In this document: piece by piece, positions 25,001-36,100 of the stretch
Numbering within the stretch: the stretch's first letter is position 1
Layout of the letters: every line of letters begins with the position of its first letter
Assembly (NCBI GenBank): GCA_000934665.2
Contig: KZ538858.1
Span: 1-43,959 of the forward strand
From: Catajapyx aquilonaris
Taxonomy: Eukaryota
Length of the DNA stretch: 43,959 nt
Direction of reading: 5' to 3'
Made by a program: the position numbers and the translations under genes
The notes under the pieces: generated by a model
Told to the model about the DNA's origin: nothing
What the model saw: the letters and a program-made list of their open reading frames with translations, nothing else
The model's database searches: none

Positions 25001-28000
25001 TAGGCTGCAAGTAGAGTAATATCAACTTAAATTAGGATGAAATTGAATCATCCGGGGCGGTATTTTTGTCTCCTTCATAAATTGGTGTCAATCATTGAGT
25101 ACTTTTAAAGTTGATGTAATGTAACGAATTCCGCCATTGCAATGCTGCACTGCGATGTGACTTGAATTACTAATTGGTTTGCCAGTGTGATAAGTTATAA
25201 TTTAGTAATTGACAGCTATTTAAATTAATCCCCAACTTCAATAATGACAGTGAGGGTTGGATGTTTTTTTTTTTGCCCTAAATCCACCCAAATGCTACTA
25301 TGTAATTCTGCAATCTCTGGAATAGTTTGTTGTGATGAAAGAAAAGCCTAATTGCACAAATTCAATGTCAAATAATTGGTAGTTCTACAGATAGTGACTT
25401 TGATGACGCTAACTTCAATGGCACTAATATTCAGTGTGCGATATTTTCCCAACTGTAGTTTACAAGCTGCAGTTTACATGCCAAAATTGAACTCATGTAC
25501 AAAAAACGATTGTGTTAAAAAGTTTGCCACATGCCAGGATTGCTTTTCCCACAAATAATAATCTTTTGGAGCTTCAACATTCGACCTGGGTCGAATTTCG
25601 CATATAACATGTAGTGGAAAAACCTCAGTTTGGGCAGTTAATCTTGATACGTCATGTCAGCTTGGTTGGTTGTCCAGTACGATTACCCAGATATAAAGTC
25701 ATATAATACGGGCTAATTTTGAATCATGCAAACCAGATTGTAATAATTACTTCAGTTCATGTCATGAGTCTCATTACTGTAGCTCACCTGCCAATATGGG
25801 CCACATTGTCGGTGGATAATAGCGAGGGAGGTACAATTTCGGGGTGAGAAAAACTAGGATTGACGTTATCTTTGAACGACGCTGTAGTAAATTTGACCCT
25901 AACATCAAATAGGATGGGGAAAGCTCATTTGCATGTGCGGTTTATTAGCAGAGTGAAGTCTAGTGTATGCATTGCAATGTTCAGTGGCTCTGGGATCAAT
26001 GATAGCCAGCAGGTTACAGCATTGATTACATTAAAATTAATTTTATTTTAATAACATATAGAATAAACTAACGATAAGGTGATGTGTCTGGGGTTAGTGT
26101 TTCATGAGAGGTGCGTTCATCAAATAGTAGTCTACTACATGGTTACCTCAATTCACTAACAGCAGTACAGGTCGTCCAGGAAAAGACTGCATGGGTTTTC
26201 TGGGGTTGTGAAGTAGAGTTGCCAGACGCAAAAGGAACCCGGAATACCCCACACATCCACGTTGAAAAAAAAAAAAAATCACACCTGGCTGCTCTACTGA
26301 TATTCATGGTAAACATATAGGGACTGGGGAGGTGAGGAGAGGGGCTGGAAAGTTGGGAAAAGCGGAAAACCACGCGGAAAACCCACCTAATCCCCCGCAG
26401 TCTCTTATAGTTCCCATCCTCTTTTTTAGTTTGTGCATTGGAGAAGTTAGTAAGTTTGTAGTGTACTGTTACTCATGCTATATATGGATATATGGGTTGA
26501 TAAATTTTACTTGTTCCTAAATGCATCTGGCTATATGTTTAATGTTTAACTTTTAATACGTATGTGTGTAGATTGAATACTGCCTACATATCCAGTGTGT
26601 GATGGACCAAATTGACTGTGGGAGGCATGAGGAGGACATTATTTCAGTAATTGTCATTATGAACCATAGGCTACTTGTCGCTCGGGATGTTCAAAAATCC
26701 TTTATGCAATGCAGGTGAGCAGGATTACCTGAAATTCCCATACAAGGTGCTATTTACCATAATATTCTGCTGAATGTGCAAGCAATGTTATGTATTTTGT
26801 GCACTGTCGCTTTTGTTTTGTCTGTCATTCAAATATCGACATGGATAACAGAGGGAATATTAAATTTTGCATTTAATTGTGATAAAATAAATTTTTCAGT
26901 TCACTGATGGACATTATTTTTTAAATAGTGATCCTGTAATATGTTACCCTGTCCAGTAGTAGCAGTAGACTAACAACGACGACGACGATTATACTGTATA
27001 ATTATCCCAAAATAGGCCTCTGCCTCTGGGCGAACATTTTAATTTCCAGACTTTATTAATTGTGTGACTGCTATATGGATTTTGAGAGCGGAAGGAAACG
27101 GGAGATCTCCATCTGGAGAAAGCCCACGCAAGCACGAAGAGAAGCCATCAAAATATTTTCAACGCGATAATTAGTTATAAGTCTTGCTAGCTGGAAACCT
27201 CCCAGGTTCACGATAAGACTTGCTACAGGGCTGGGTCACTCAGTTTAGTGTGAGCACAGTAAATTCAGGGACTTCCCACTACCTGTCTGGTGGTGAGGTT
27301 GGGAATAAACTTCATTATTGATAGTTATTATTTCTCGTGTACAGTTATTCACCAGGTGTGATAAGCTGAATTGGCATCACACAGTTCTACTTAGAAGTGC
27401 GTATATATTTTCTATATACAGTCCTTTCCAAATGTTCAAGTTTCATAAGGTGGCATGGCTTTTAAATGCAGGTGCAACTGTTACAGCCCGCCGATGCGAT
27501 GGCCTGTACCTAAAGGTGAGTTTAGACACAGAAGTATACTGTACATTGCTTGTAACGTCACATTTAAAACGGAAACTTGGAACTCTCAAGGGAGCTAGGA
27601 TGGGAGTTTGGGCTGTAAAGGATGGAACTTGGATGGAAGCAACTTCTGTTTCTAAACCCACTTGATAATTATATATATATATATATATATATAAATACCG
27701 ATAGTTTGCCTGAATTCATGCTATCTGTCTTGTTCAAATTATTCTCATGTATTTTGACAGTTATCTGGTATTTATGATATAGCAACAATCATTATAAACT
27801 TCCGTGGTTCTAAGAGCCGTGTATGCCATTATTCAAAAGTCTGTAAGTCTGCTCTGGTATAAGTCAAGCAGTTAATGCTTCAACTGTACAGAAAAAGAGG
27901 CTTTGTTTAAAATGACCCAACTTGATTGTTATTAGCTGCACCCATGCCAAGGTGGGTTATTTTCGTCCAGCAGGTTGGATTGTGAAAGTCCACGCAGGCG

Positions 28001-29242
28001 TTTCGATTATTTTACAGAGGTTTTGGGCATTAACAATGCAATTCCGCTTTGGTTTAATTATTTCAAGAGAGTGATGGTAATTCGTGTGAGTTCTTCAGAA
28101 CCTGTAATTTAAGCAATTTGACTAAATAATTTGGGTCATCAGCAACCCTCGGGTTAAAAACAATCTCCCTTGTTGTTGTTCCTTATATTTTCGATACATG
28201 AATCGGCGGCCATAATCTTTGTCCGGAAAATTCATCCGACAGAACGTTCGGTCAAGTATATCTTTCATCGACTTCAGCATGCCTATACTGTCCATGTAAA
28301 TATCATATGATAGGATTTGAAAACTTAATGCTCCCTTATTTTTAAATAGACAGGACTAAAAGTGAAATACTAATGCTCCCAATGATTTATTAGAACTTAA
28401 TTTTTAAGTTACTAATCAACCAGCCTTTCGAAAATGGGGATGCACAATGTTCAGTCAAATGAAAGCAGGTCAAAGAACCGTGCGCGGGCACTGACATAGT
28501 TACGACTGTAATAAAATTCCAGGAACTAAAATGCTAAGATTTTCCAAAACTCATGCACTATCGCATACACCTTCCTCTGACGGTGCTGTCAGAGAATTCT
28601 CCGTCATTTATCGCGGCATGTCACGTACGGTTCACTGGCGTACTGTCATTTGACTGGACAATGTATTCAGTATCAGAAGATTAATATACGGTAGGTCTTT
28701 CGATATTTTGGGCATGCTCGGAGAGGTGGAAATATGCCTCTCTCTACCTGTGAGCTGTAGACTGTAGAGTCCGTGGTCGAAAACGCCTCATACCAAATCC
28801 GCAGACCAGATTACACGACCAGTGCCTGTTGTTGTTGGTTCATGGGAGGAAGGAGACGACCTTTTCGCGTCCTAACCAGCGTAATTACTGTACAGTACCA
28901 TCAAGAAACTGAAACTGAATAAGATATCGAGTATACCACGCGAATAAGGAGAGAACCTATAGTGACTGTGGCCAAAATGGGAGCGAATATAATGACAATC
29001 GACAATAGAAATAACAGTAGTACATCCATGGCATTTGGAATGGTGAGGTCATTAAGGATGTCTCAATTTTTCTTCAGAGGTATGCCAAGGCCGCCGCAGT
29101 GCCAGCCCAGGTCACCACCACACCCTGGTGCGACAGAACTCCATGTCGGGGGCCAGCGACCGCTTGTCGACGGTTTCTACCGCCACCAGCATCGTCGGCG
29201 GAGGGGACGTCCAGCTCACGCCGCAACAACTCGGATTCATGG
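12948..29242 (+). CDS. MIGA: Mitoguardin (MIGA/FAM73 family), 5' partial spliced CDS; continues beyond the window
   Basis: Exons 12948-13043, 14081-14240 and 29078-29242 join in phase 0/1/1. They give MSQQVV...LTLPQK-ITVVSVTVGVTLLGVLARYFRRRRH (transmembrane helix plus basic cluster)...GRRSASP...SDRLS...QLTPQQLGFMG, which matches the recalled mitoguardin N-terminus (LTxQQLGxMGMEAL). No exon continuing MEAL was found up to 43959. Confidence 0.85.
14081..14240 (+). CDS. MIGA: MIGA coding exon 2 (mitochondrial outer-membrane anchor)
   Basis: Branch site tgactaac near 14042, acceptor attttcag, donor G|gtgagt. Encodes ITVVSVTVGVTLLGVLARYFRRRRHAMKPSVSIRRLPSARRNRGSQGLKGQNG. Confidence 0.87.
14640..14853 (-). 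mobile_element. Possible degenerate tRNA-derived SINE
   Basis: Minus-strand B-box-like GGTTCAAGTACC and a body segment CCAGGTGATTCAAAATGAC resembling CCAGGGGAGTTCACAAAATGAC in the SINE at 4506-4844. Confidence 0.35.
15684..15697. other. Assembly gap (14 N) between (TC)n and poly-C
   Basis: Run of n characters. Confidence 0.98.
20431..20580. mobile_element. Hairpin MITE (PIF/Harbinger-like ends)
   Basis: Arms TGCGTTTACATGTGAG...GACGAGCGAAATCTTCG...AGGCTGA and TCAGCCT...CGAAGACTTCGCTCGTC...CTCACATGTAAACGCA. Confidence 0.8.
21180..21450. repeat. Degenerate inverted repeat, probable old MITE
   Basis: AACTC...GCAGGTAGAGCT...TTTTGAACACAGATC pairs with GATCTATGTTCAAAA...AGTTCCACCTGC...GAGTT. Confidence 0.5.
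21618..22060. mobile_element. pogo/Tigger-like MITE (TA TSD)
   Basis: TA|CAGTTGAATCC(A)GA...TCCGGATTCAACTG|TA with repeated GGTTAYAACAG-like subterminal motifs. Confidence 0.8.
22075..22797. mobile_element. piggyBac-type MITE with internal hairpin
   Basis: TTAA|CCCCTTCGCTATCTGCTATATCGCATCGCCTAGATTTT...AAAATCTAGGCGATGGCGGTATAGCTGGTAGCGAAGGGG (right TSD decayed). Internal inverted arms at about 22298-22374 and 22472-22554. Confidence 0.85.
22819..22957. repeat. Degenerate hairpin (old MITE)
   Basis: TAAGAGCATAAAC...AGTGAAAAA pairs with TTTTTCACT...GTTTTTGCTCTTA. Confidence 0.5.
24060..24152. repeat. Compound microsatellite (CAG)n(AAG)n(ATG)n
   Basis: Direct reading; about 17 AAG units. Confidence 0.95.
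27669..27693. repeat. (TA)n microsatellite
   Basis: Direct reading. Confidence 0.9.
28445..28663. mobile_element. Old Tc1-like MITE
   Basis: Arms CAATGTTCAGTCAAATGA...GAACCGTGCG and CGTACGGTTC...TCATTTGACTGGACAATG|TA. Confidence 0.65.
29078..29242 (+). CDS. MIGA: MIGA coding exon 3
   Basis: Acceptor tttttcttcag, donor G|gtgagt, phase 1-1. Encodes EVCQGRRSASPGHHHTLVRQNSMSGASDRLSTVSTATSIVGGGDVQLTPQQLGFM, in a frame missing from the ORF track. Confidence 0.87.
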
Positions 29243-30080
29243 GTGAGTGCACACCAATTTGCTCATTTTGCCAATAGTCGATACGGGTGGTGGGCAAGGA
29301 ATCGGTACGGGGCGGGTTATCTGGAGGGGACAAGTGTCGCGTCGCTTTCTCGCCATCAGTGGCTCACACGGTCAGGACTCGTTTCGGCTCGCTATTTTTT
29401 TTTTTTTTTTTTTTACTGCTGCAGTATCGTACGAGGTGACTTTTTCACGAGGCAACTTCGGAAATATTGAGGTCATGACTCGTGAGTGTTACAACAACAA
29501 CAATAGCAAAGAACTTTAATTTGTAGTTGATTATTAAAATAACTTTTTAAATATGACTTACATAAGGTAGGTCCGGCCATAGCATGTTGGAACATCAGAA
29601 TGGCTCGTGTGAACCCCTGTAGGGGAAGCAGGCCCGCAGATGCATTTGCGGAACTGCGGTCTGGGTTCCCATTGGCGCACCTTGTATCGTCATGGATTCG
29701 CCAGGCTCACCTAAACCATCCGAGTTTGGTGCACCTGCGACCTGCGATGCTCCGTTTGGCGTACAGCGAGGCTCAGAGCAACAGGTGCATAAGTGCCAAG
29801 TCATTTTGGAGTCGACTTAACCTGTTTACCGATTCCATGGATAACTTTGTACACGACCTCATGTGTATACAAACTATTTCTCTAGCACAGTTAAACTACT
29901 TAAATTTGATGTGCGTACGCAACACTACATAGGACATCAGGCATTGATTCCACTACCCTGCAAATTTTTGACAATTTTTCAGTGACACTGGATTTGATTG
30001 GTGACGTAACCTGGGTATAATTTGGACGATTAGGTGGATTTATTTATTATTCGGTAATTTTCATTGCATATCATTGTACA

Positions 30081-30457
30081 CAGCGGGGTGATTCTCTCGA
30101 ATCCAAACCCAAACATTCCTCAATAACTGTTTAATTATTGTATGGTTCTCAATGAAAATTGACATGTACTTACCTTGTATATGATGCCAAACAAGGTAAG
30201 TACAGTACCGTGTTGGGCATTAATCGAGGCATACTGCCAGCGACATTTTCCGAAGCGGCAGAAGAAGGAATCTCTATCGCCCGGCTTGCAGTAATATCCT
30301 TATCTTCGATTCCTTTTTCTGCCACTTCGGAAATTGTCGCTAGTAATATGCCTCGATTAATGTCCAACACTGTACATGCTAATTTTCATTGAGAACTATG
30401 CGATAATGAAACAGTTATTGAGGAATGTTTGGGTTCGGATTCGAGAGAATCACCCTG
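30081..30457. mobile_element. Hairpin MITE carrying a family-A copy at its centre
   Basis: Arms of about 85 bp: GGGTGATTCTCTCGAATCCAAACCCAAACATTCCTCAATAACTGTTT...GAAAATTGACATGTA and TACATGCTAATTTTC...GGATTCGAGAGAATCACCCTG|TA. Confidence 0.88.
30208..30372. mobile_element. Hairpin MITE family A, copy 3 (opposite orientation, nested in another MITE)
   Basis: TA|CCGTGTTGGGCATTAATCGAGGC...ATTAATGTCCAACACTG|TA; the loop is the reverse complement of the loop in copies 1 and 2. Confidence 0.88.
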
Positions 30458-30464
30458 TAGTATA

Positions 30465-30841
30465 CAGGGTGAAGACGTTTATCGCACCGTCACTTTGGGA
30501 TATTGGAAAATGATAGAGGGGTTCTAGGCGAACATTTTAATAATTATCGAGATAAAATGTTCTTCAAACACAAGATATAAAATATCCTGGCACGTATGCG
30601 TCCCTCCACGCGACCTTAACTTTTTCATTTAAATTTAAGGTGTTACCATGTAATTTAATTTTAATTTACGACCCTATTAGGTGTAGCAGGGAATGGCATA
30701 GGCGATGGAAGTGTCGTAAGCTGTATCCGAAACCTATGAGCCGGTATAATGCACTTTTTATTTAATCATGCAAATTATTTCGGTAACTATGTGGCGGAGA
30801 CCCATGATGCATGTGCTTAAAATGATCACATAGCGCCCCTG
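30465..30841 (+). mobile_element. MITE family B copy (CAGGG ends)
   Basis: TA|CAGGGTG...CCCCTG|TA; interior colinear with 39007-39432 (TAGAGGGGTTCTAGGCGA, AAATATCCTGGCA, TAGGCGATGG, CTGTATCCGAAAC, TCGGTAACTATG). Confidence 0.8.
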
Positions 30842-30899
30842 TATCATTTCTCAAAGACAAGGTACAATAAAGGAGGAGGCACAAAATATATGGGCGAGT

Positions 30900-31483
30900 G
30901 GCCTTCCGTTCGATTTGCCTGAAAATTGGATATGTTGCAGCCCAGACCATCCTGATCAATGTTGGATAGGGACATTTCGAGGTAGGACCTACAGGGAGCA
31001 TGCTAATTGCTATTCATCGAAGAGGCTAGAAGACTGCTGTGAGAGAAACCTCGCTTCCTTACATTGACCCAATGAATGTTGAAGTGCAGCTGGAGGAAAC
31101 TCCAGATGACAACCTTCAACGAGTAGAATTTGAACCAGATGAATAGGTAATAAAGATTAATAGATAATTTAATGCAATAACCATTGAGTTCCTGAGACTT
31201 ATTGTAGTCTATACTCCCCCTATTACCTGCGGAGGTCATTAGCATGCTCCCTGTAGGTCCTACCTCGAAATGTCCCTATCCAACATTGATCAGGATGGTC
31301 TGGGCTGCAACATATCTAATTTTCAGCCAAATCGAACGGAAAACCAGAGCATATCCCATATGACCTTCGGAGGTCAATAGCATGCTCCCTGTAGGTCCTA
31401 CCTCGAAATGTCCCTATCTAACATTGGGCAGGATGGTCTGGGCCACAACATATCAAATTTTCAGGCAAATCGAACGGAAGGCC
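30900..31483. repeat. Foldback structure: one inverted and two tandem copies of a ~105-bp unit
   Basis: 30900-31007 is the near-perfect reverse complement of both 31238-31341 and 31378-31483 (unit AGCATGCTCCCTGTAGGTCCTACCTCGAAATGTCCCTATC...TTTTCAG.CAAATCGAACGGAA). Confidence 0.92.
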
Positions 31484-31502
31484 CAATCGAACGGAATATA
31501 TA

Positions 31503-31940
31503 CAGGGTGTATCGGAACTCGACCATAAGCCATATGCCAATGGCGTAATGGTCAGCAGATGATCATTTACAGTATCGGAATCATAGGCCTGGGCCGCCGC
31601 ATGACCGAGATAATTGACCTCAACCAATAGGTATAAAATATCCTGGCAGGTATGCAAACCTTCAGCCGCCAATCGCATCACAGGTGAAGGTCGCAGCTAT
31701 TTTCTGGGGGGCTACTGCCACACTGCTATTGGGGTAGTCACTAAGGGCTCTTAGAATGCAGTTCCCCCCAGATGCACTGCTATTCTACAATCACGCTTAA
31801 GCGCAATCGCTACTTCGCAAATGATCAATTATCTACGTGATGTGGCTGCCTAGACATGATGACCCCTCTACATATAATGATGCTCTGGTGCCCCTTATGC
31901 CATTGGTACATGGCTTATGGTAGAGTTTTGATACACCCTG
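31503..31940 (+). mobile_element. MITE with CAGGGTGTATC ends (family-B core)
   Basis: TA|CAGGGTGTATCGGAACTCGACCATAAGCCATATGCCAATGGC...GCCATTGGTACATGGCTTATGGTAGAGTTTTGATACACCCTG|TA. Confidence 0.85.
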
Positions 31941-32132
31941 TATTTTGTGCCTCCTCCTTTCTTCACCCTGTATAATCAAATTATCATATACCATTGCGAG
32001 GAACTTGTACGTGATAGGAAAACCGGAAATCAGATATGAAATCAACGCACTAGGGTTAGATTAGTCACCCATCAAACCCCGTGCCTCAAATTCATTGCAT
32101 AGTAGTGTCATGAGAGTGCAAATTCAGGAGAA

Positions 32133-33112
32133 ATGAGGGTGTATGATATCAGTGTTCGTTGTTGAGGTTAATTTAGTTCTATTTACATGCACTACACTGA
32201 AGCATCATCTCTTTCGAAAGTTACGAAGCCACCTAATATCGTAGTATAGGCTGCATCTTGCTCATCAGCAGCATGAGGTTATGCAGAAGACGCCTTGCAT
32301 TTCCCAATGGTAAACCAAAGATACCGAACGGAACGGAAGAGCGCACAGTGCATAATATTGAAAGCATCTATGTGTCAAAGAAAAACCCAAGAAGTTACTT
32401 TGAGACACTATATTCACTGCTGCTGGAGTAATCTTGTGGCATGACGTCTGGCATTGTTTTTTTGATGTTACTGTGGGGCTGTTTTGGAAAGACCAAGGAA
32501 GGAGTAAGGTATAACATGGTGTTGCTCCCAAAGAAAATGGGTGTTAACACCCGGCTAAGAAAAGGGCGTAGACATATTTAAATCACGAGGAGTTCTTGTG
32601 AGTTGATATGATCACAAGGATCTGGGACTGCATACTGTCTAGGCTTGAAGTTTCATGTGCTGTGCAAGCATTGCATTGTGATGGTGCAATATATTTCTTT
32701 GACAATTCAAAACATTCCATGGGGACTATTTGGAGGTTGCTCAAATGTGTCCCACTTGAAATGTTGGAAAGTGATACCAGGCTACACATGACAGTTCATG
32801 TACGTACGCCGGAATTACTCAAAGTATCGAACTGTTCATGTGCGATGTGGGGACATCTGTGAGCACCCACACCATGGTCCAGACCTTACCCCTTGTTACC
32901 ATGCATGTTGCACCAACTCCATGGAAGTTTTGTCAGGTGAAAACCTAGGGGATGACCAAAATTATTAATAAAGAGTTGTCTTGCATGGTACTTGATGGTC
33001 CCAGGCTCGAAAAGGGCTTCGATTGACATAGTGAGTGTCTAATGGTAGCTAAAAGATCTGCGTCGTTTTGTGACTATGTTAATTTTTGTAAGAATTCTTG
33101 AAATACCTTTCA
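32133..33112 (+). mobile_element. Highly decayed mariner relic
   Basis: Near 32850-32905 it reads GDICEHPHHGPDLTPCYH (compare WEILEHPPYSPDLAPCDFH), preceded by DTRLH...TPELL (compare DNARPH...ELL). Degenerate ends TGAGGGTG and TTGAAATACCTTTCA; boundaries approximate. Confidence 0.5.
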
Positions 33113-36100
33113 TGGACAAGCGGTACTTAACTTTGGAATGCGGTAATATTTGAGGAAATGCCTGTGTGCATTAATGTCTTGCAGGTGCTGGTTTTTCGAC
33201 GCAATACTTGCGGATATGTTAGTCGATGCTTGGGAATTACGTAATGCATCGTAGAGGACATGCGATATGTTCTCATCGTCAATGGCACCACAGTTTTTAT
33301 TAGTATTTATTAAGCAGGGGATGGTGTCGTCTCGCACAACTGCGGACATGTTTTCTAGTAAATGGGGAAACAATGCTGCGGGTTTTTGTGACGCGTGTCC
33401 ATTACCAGCAACGGGCTTGGAAAAGAGACGCAAACGACGCTGCCAAATGGGCCTTTTGCTGGTGAGTAATGGCGGAAAAGATGAGGGCCGTTACTCTAGG
33501 GAGGGTGCCCACTCTACCGAAGAACTGTTTTCTGTTTGTGTTTTTTTTCCCCTCCTCTTTTATACGCATGACTTATGACGTAGTCGTGACTAGCAGCTTA
33601 TTTTCCTAAAAAGGACTATGCGGACTGTAGCATAAGTTCCTTTGGAATAGGATCATGTCTACTTGTGACTTGAACCGTACTGCAAGAAAAAGCGTGATGT
33701 GGAAGGTATAGACAATTTTCATTTTGCTGCTAAGCATATGGTGGCCTTACTACATGTAAAGGTTCCTGGATTCCTTTGCTGTCTATTGCATTTTCTTGAT
33801 ACCGCATAAGTTGTCATCTACTTGGAAAATCATAAACCTGAATGTTACTATAACCTGAGTATTATCAGAGCGAGCAATGAGGGAGCTTTAATTAATTGTC
33901 CGTAGGCATTGAAGTTACGATATTCATTGAAACTGGAAATCTCGAAGCGGAAGAGATTTAAAATCCAGTCGTGCGAGGCTGTTGTATAACCTGTAGAGCG
34001 TGAACCTCATGCTGTTGATGTTGTAGTGTTTTACAGTCAGTTATTATAATAACATTAATAGTGGCGCCTGTACGTGCGAGTTAAGGTTATACGTGTTGGA
34101 CGAGCTTTGGGGGGAAAAAACGGTTTGAAATTACTCTCCTTTGTTATCTTCGTCCTGTTTTATCGCTGGCGCCAAAAAAAAATCGCTATTCGATTTGCGG
34201 GGATTAAATTTGATTACCACGTGCAGGTGCTAGGTATTTATTTCCAAATTGTATTTCCCTAGCCTTTTTATTCTTTTGCAGTGAGATAGCATTGTCCCCA
34301 GCGGAGCCATTCCAGTCATAACATTGTAACGCGATAGCCGAGTTTTTTAACGAGTTAGCTGACTATAATGGTTGGTTGTGACTGGTAATGCTCCGCACTT
34401 TATACGCGGTTTCCAAGTTGGGGGGAGCTAAATGACTGTAATGGAATTATAGACTGGGGCGAAGATACAGTTTGTTTTTCCTTATGCGAACCTGTTATAA
34501 GCCTGAGGCCGTACAGTTTGACTTGAAGTACCACACTTGCTACTACGCATTTTTTTATACATATGATGTAGGAAGTCGTCATTTTGATGATTTCAGCTGG
34601 AATGGTGATGCGGAAAGATGCACGAGATTTCTTGCTATCTTGTCACTCTTATTTGACTTTTTTCCGGCTGTCGTAAATATTGCTGCGGGGGTTGAACTTC
34701 GACCTGGTGCTCTCAACCTCGACATAAACAAGTTGACGGTTCGGTATTTTCGGGCGTTTGTGTATTTTTTGTGAGCCGCTCCATCCTGTTTTGCGATTAC
34801 GTGCGTCTTCAGTAATGATAATAATTACTAATCATTATCGGGGCGTGCATAGTTGGAAGAGGAGAATGTTTTTTCTATCAGGAAATATTGAAAACCAAAT
34901 ACAATATGCGCATATTTTATTTGTTATCCAACTGGCAATGTTTTATTCAATATCTTTCAATGCCCAGATCATATGGATACTTCAGGCAATGTAGTAATTA
35001 TCTGCTTGAAAAATAACCGGCCATTGTCATGTTCTTGACCGCAGCCTTCAAAGTCTGTCTGCCACAATGACTTGCGTTAGGAGAATCGATATTTGAAGAC
35101 AAAAGGCACGTTATTTGGCTGCAGATACAGGCTCGATTCAGTGAGACTCGGCGTGTATAATGGGAATTAGCCGTCAGCAAGTACTCCGCAGCTGCAATCT
35201 GTAACAGGATTTACGGTGTGGAGTCGGTGCCGGGGATCCACCGCAGATAACGTCACCAGTGGTGCATTATGATGGAGGCGACGCGACACTTTGCACACTT
35301 CGTCTCACACTGCCTACTCAGGAACAAGCAGGGCAACATGTGCTCACATATGCAAATGTAGAGGCCTAAGAACGGATGGAATGGACGAATGAATTCACAC
35401 CGGAGTCACGGTGATAACGCAAGGAAACGCCGCCATTTCTTCAATGAGTCGAGACGGTTATGCCATCTGCTGGTTCGGGTTGACACGCTGCTGCCACCTA
35501 TCGGGTCAACTGACTAATACAGTGTACTTTTGCTTCCGTGAATTCTACGTGCATAATAGAGACCTACAACAGTGCATTATTATTACGAGTAATAAGGGAT
35601 AAGAGTACTTGAAAGGAAACTGATGCATTTCCTGAAATATTTAGATGTACAGTACATGCACTGCGTTCATTGCCTAAAAATATTGAATGCACGTGATAGT
35701 AATTTGTAAATATGCAGGGTATTGTTATCATTATGTCAACCACTACACCGACAACCGAGACGTTAAACTGCTGTCTCAGCACGTACATGTCAGGCCCAAC
35801 ATTCACCTCGGGAACGCAGACCAAATTCAACTATAGGCCTATATATTCGAGCAATCCGGAGCTCGCGAGCCGATGCTGATGCTAGAAATTCTCGTTGGTG
35901 GTACGAGTCTTGGGGAATGGGAAAACTGTGACTGGAGCCATGGTATGGGGATCAATGGAGCTAGATTGAAATGATGACCAGTAGGGGATGGCAAGAGGAG
36001 AGCAAGGCAGCAGGGTCGTTTGCGGCCAGAGGGAACATTGCTGCCTTATTGTGGTCATTGGAGGACCCCCCATCCCTGCTGGCACACACACACAGGATGC

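Noticed and set aside
28962..29470. ORFs 28962-29246 and 29099-29470 as independent genes
   Set aside because: They overlap the MIGA exon, which is read in the third frame between good splice sites.
29600..29932. 110-aa ORF sharing AHLNHPS with ORF 36325-36549
   Set aside because: The match is 7 residues with no flanking similarity; treated as chance.
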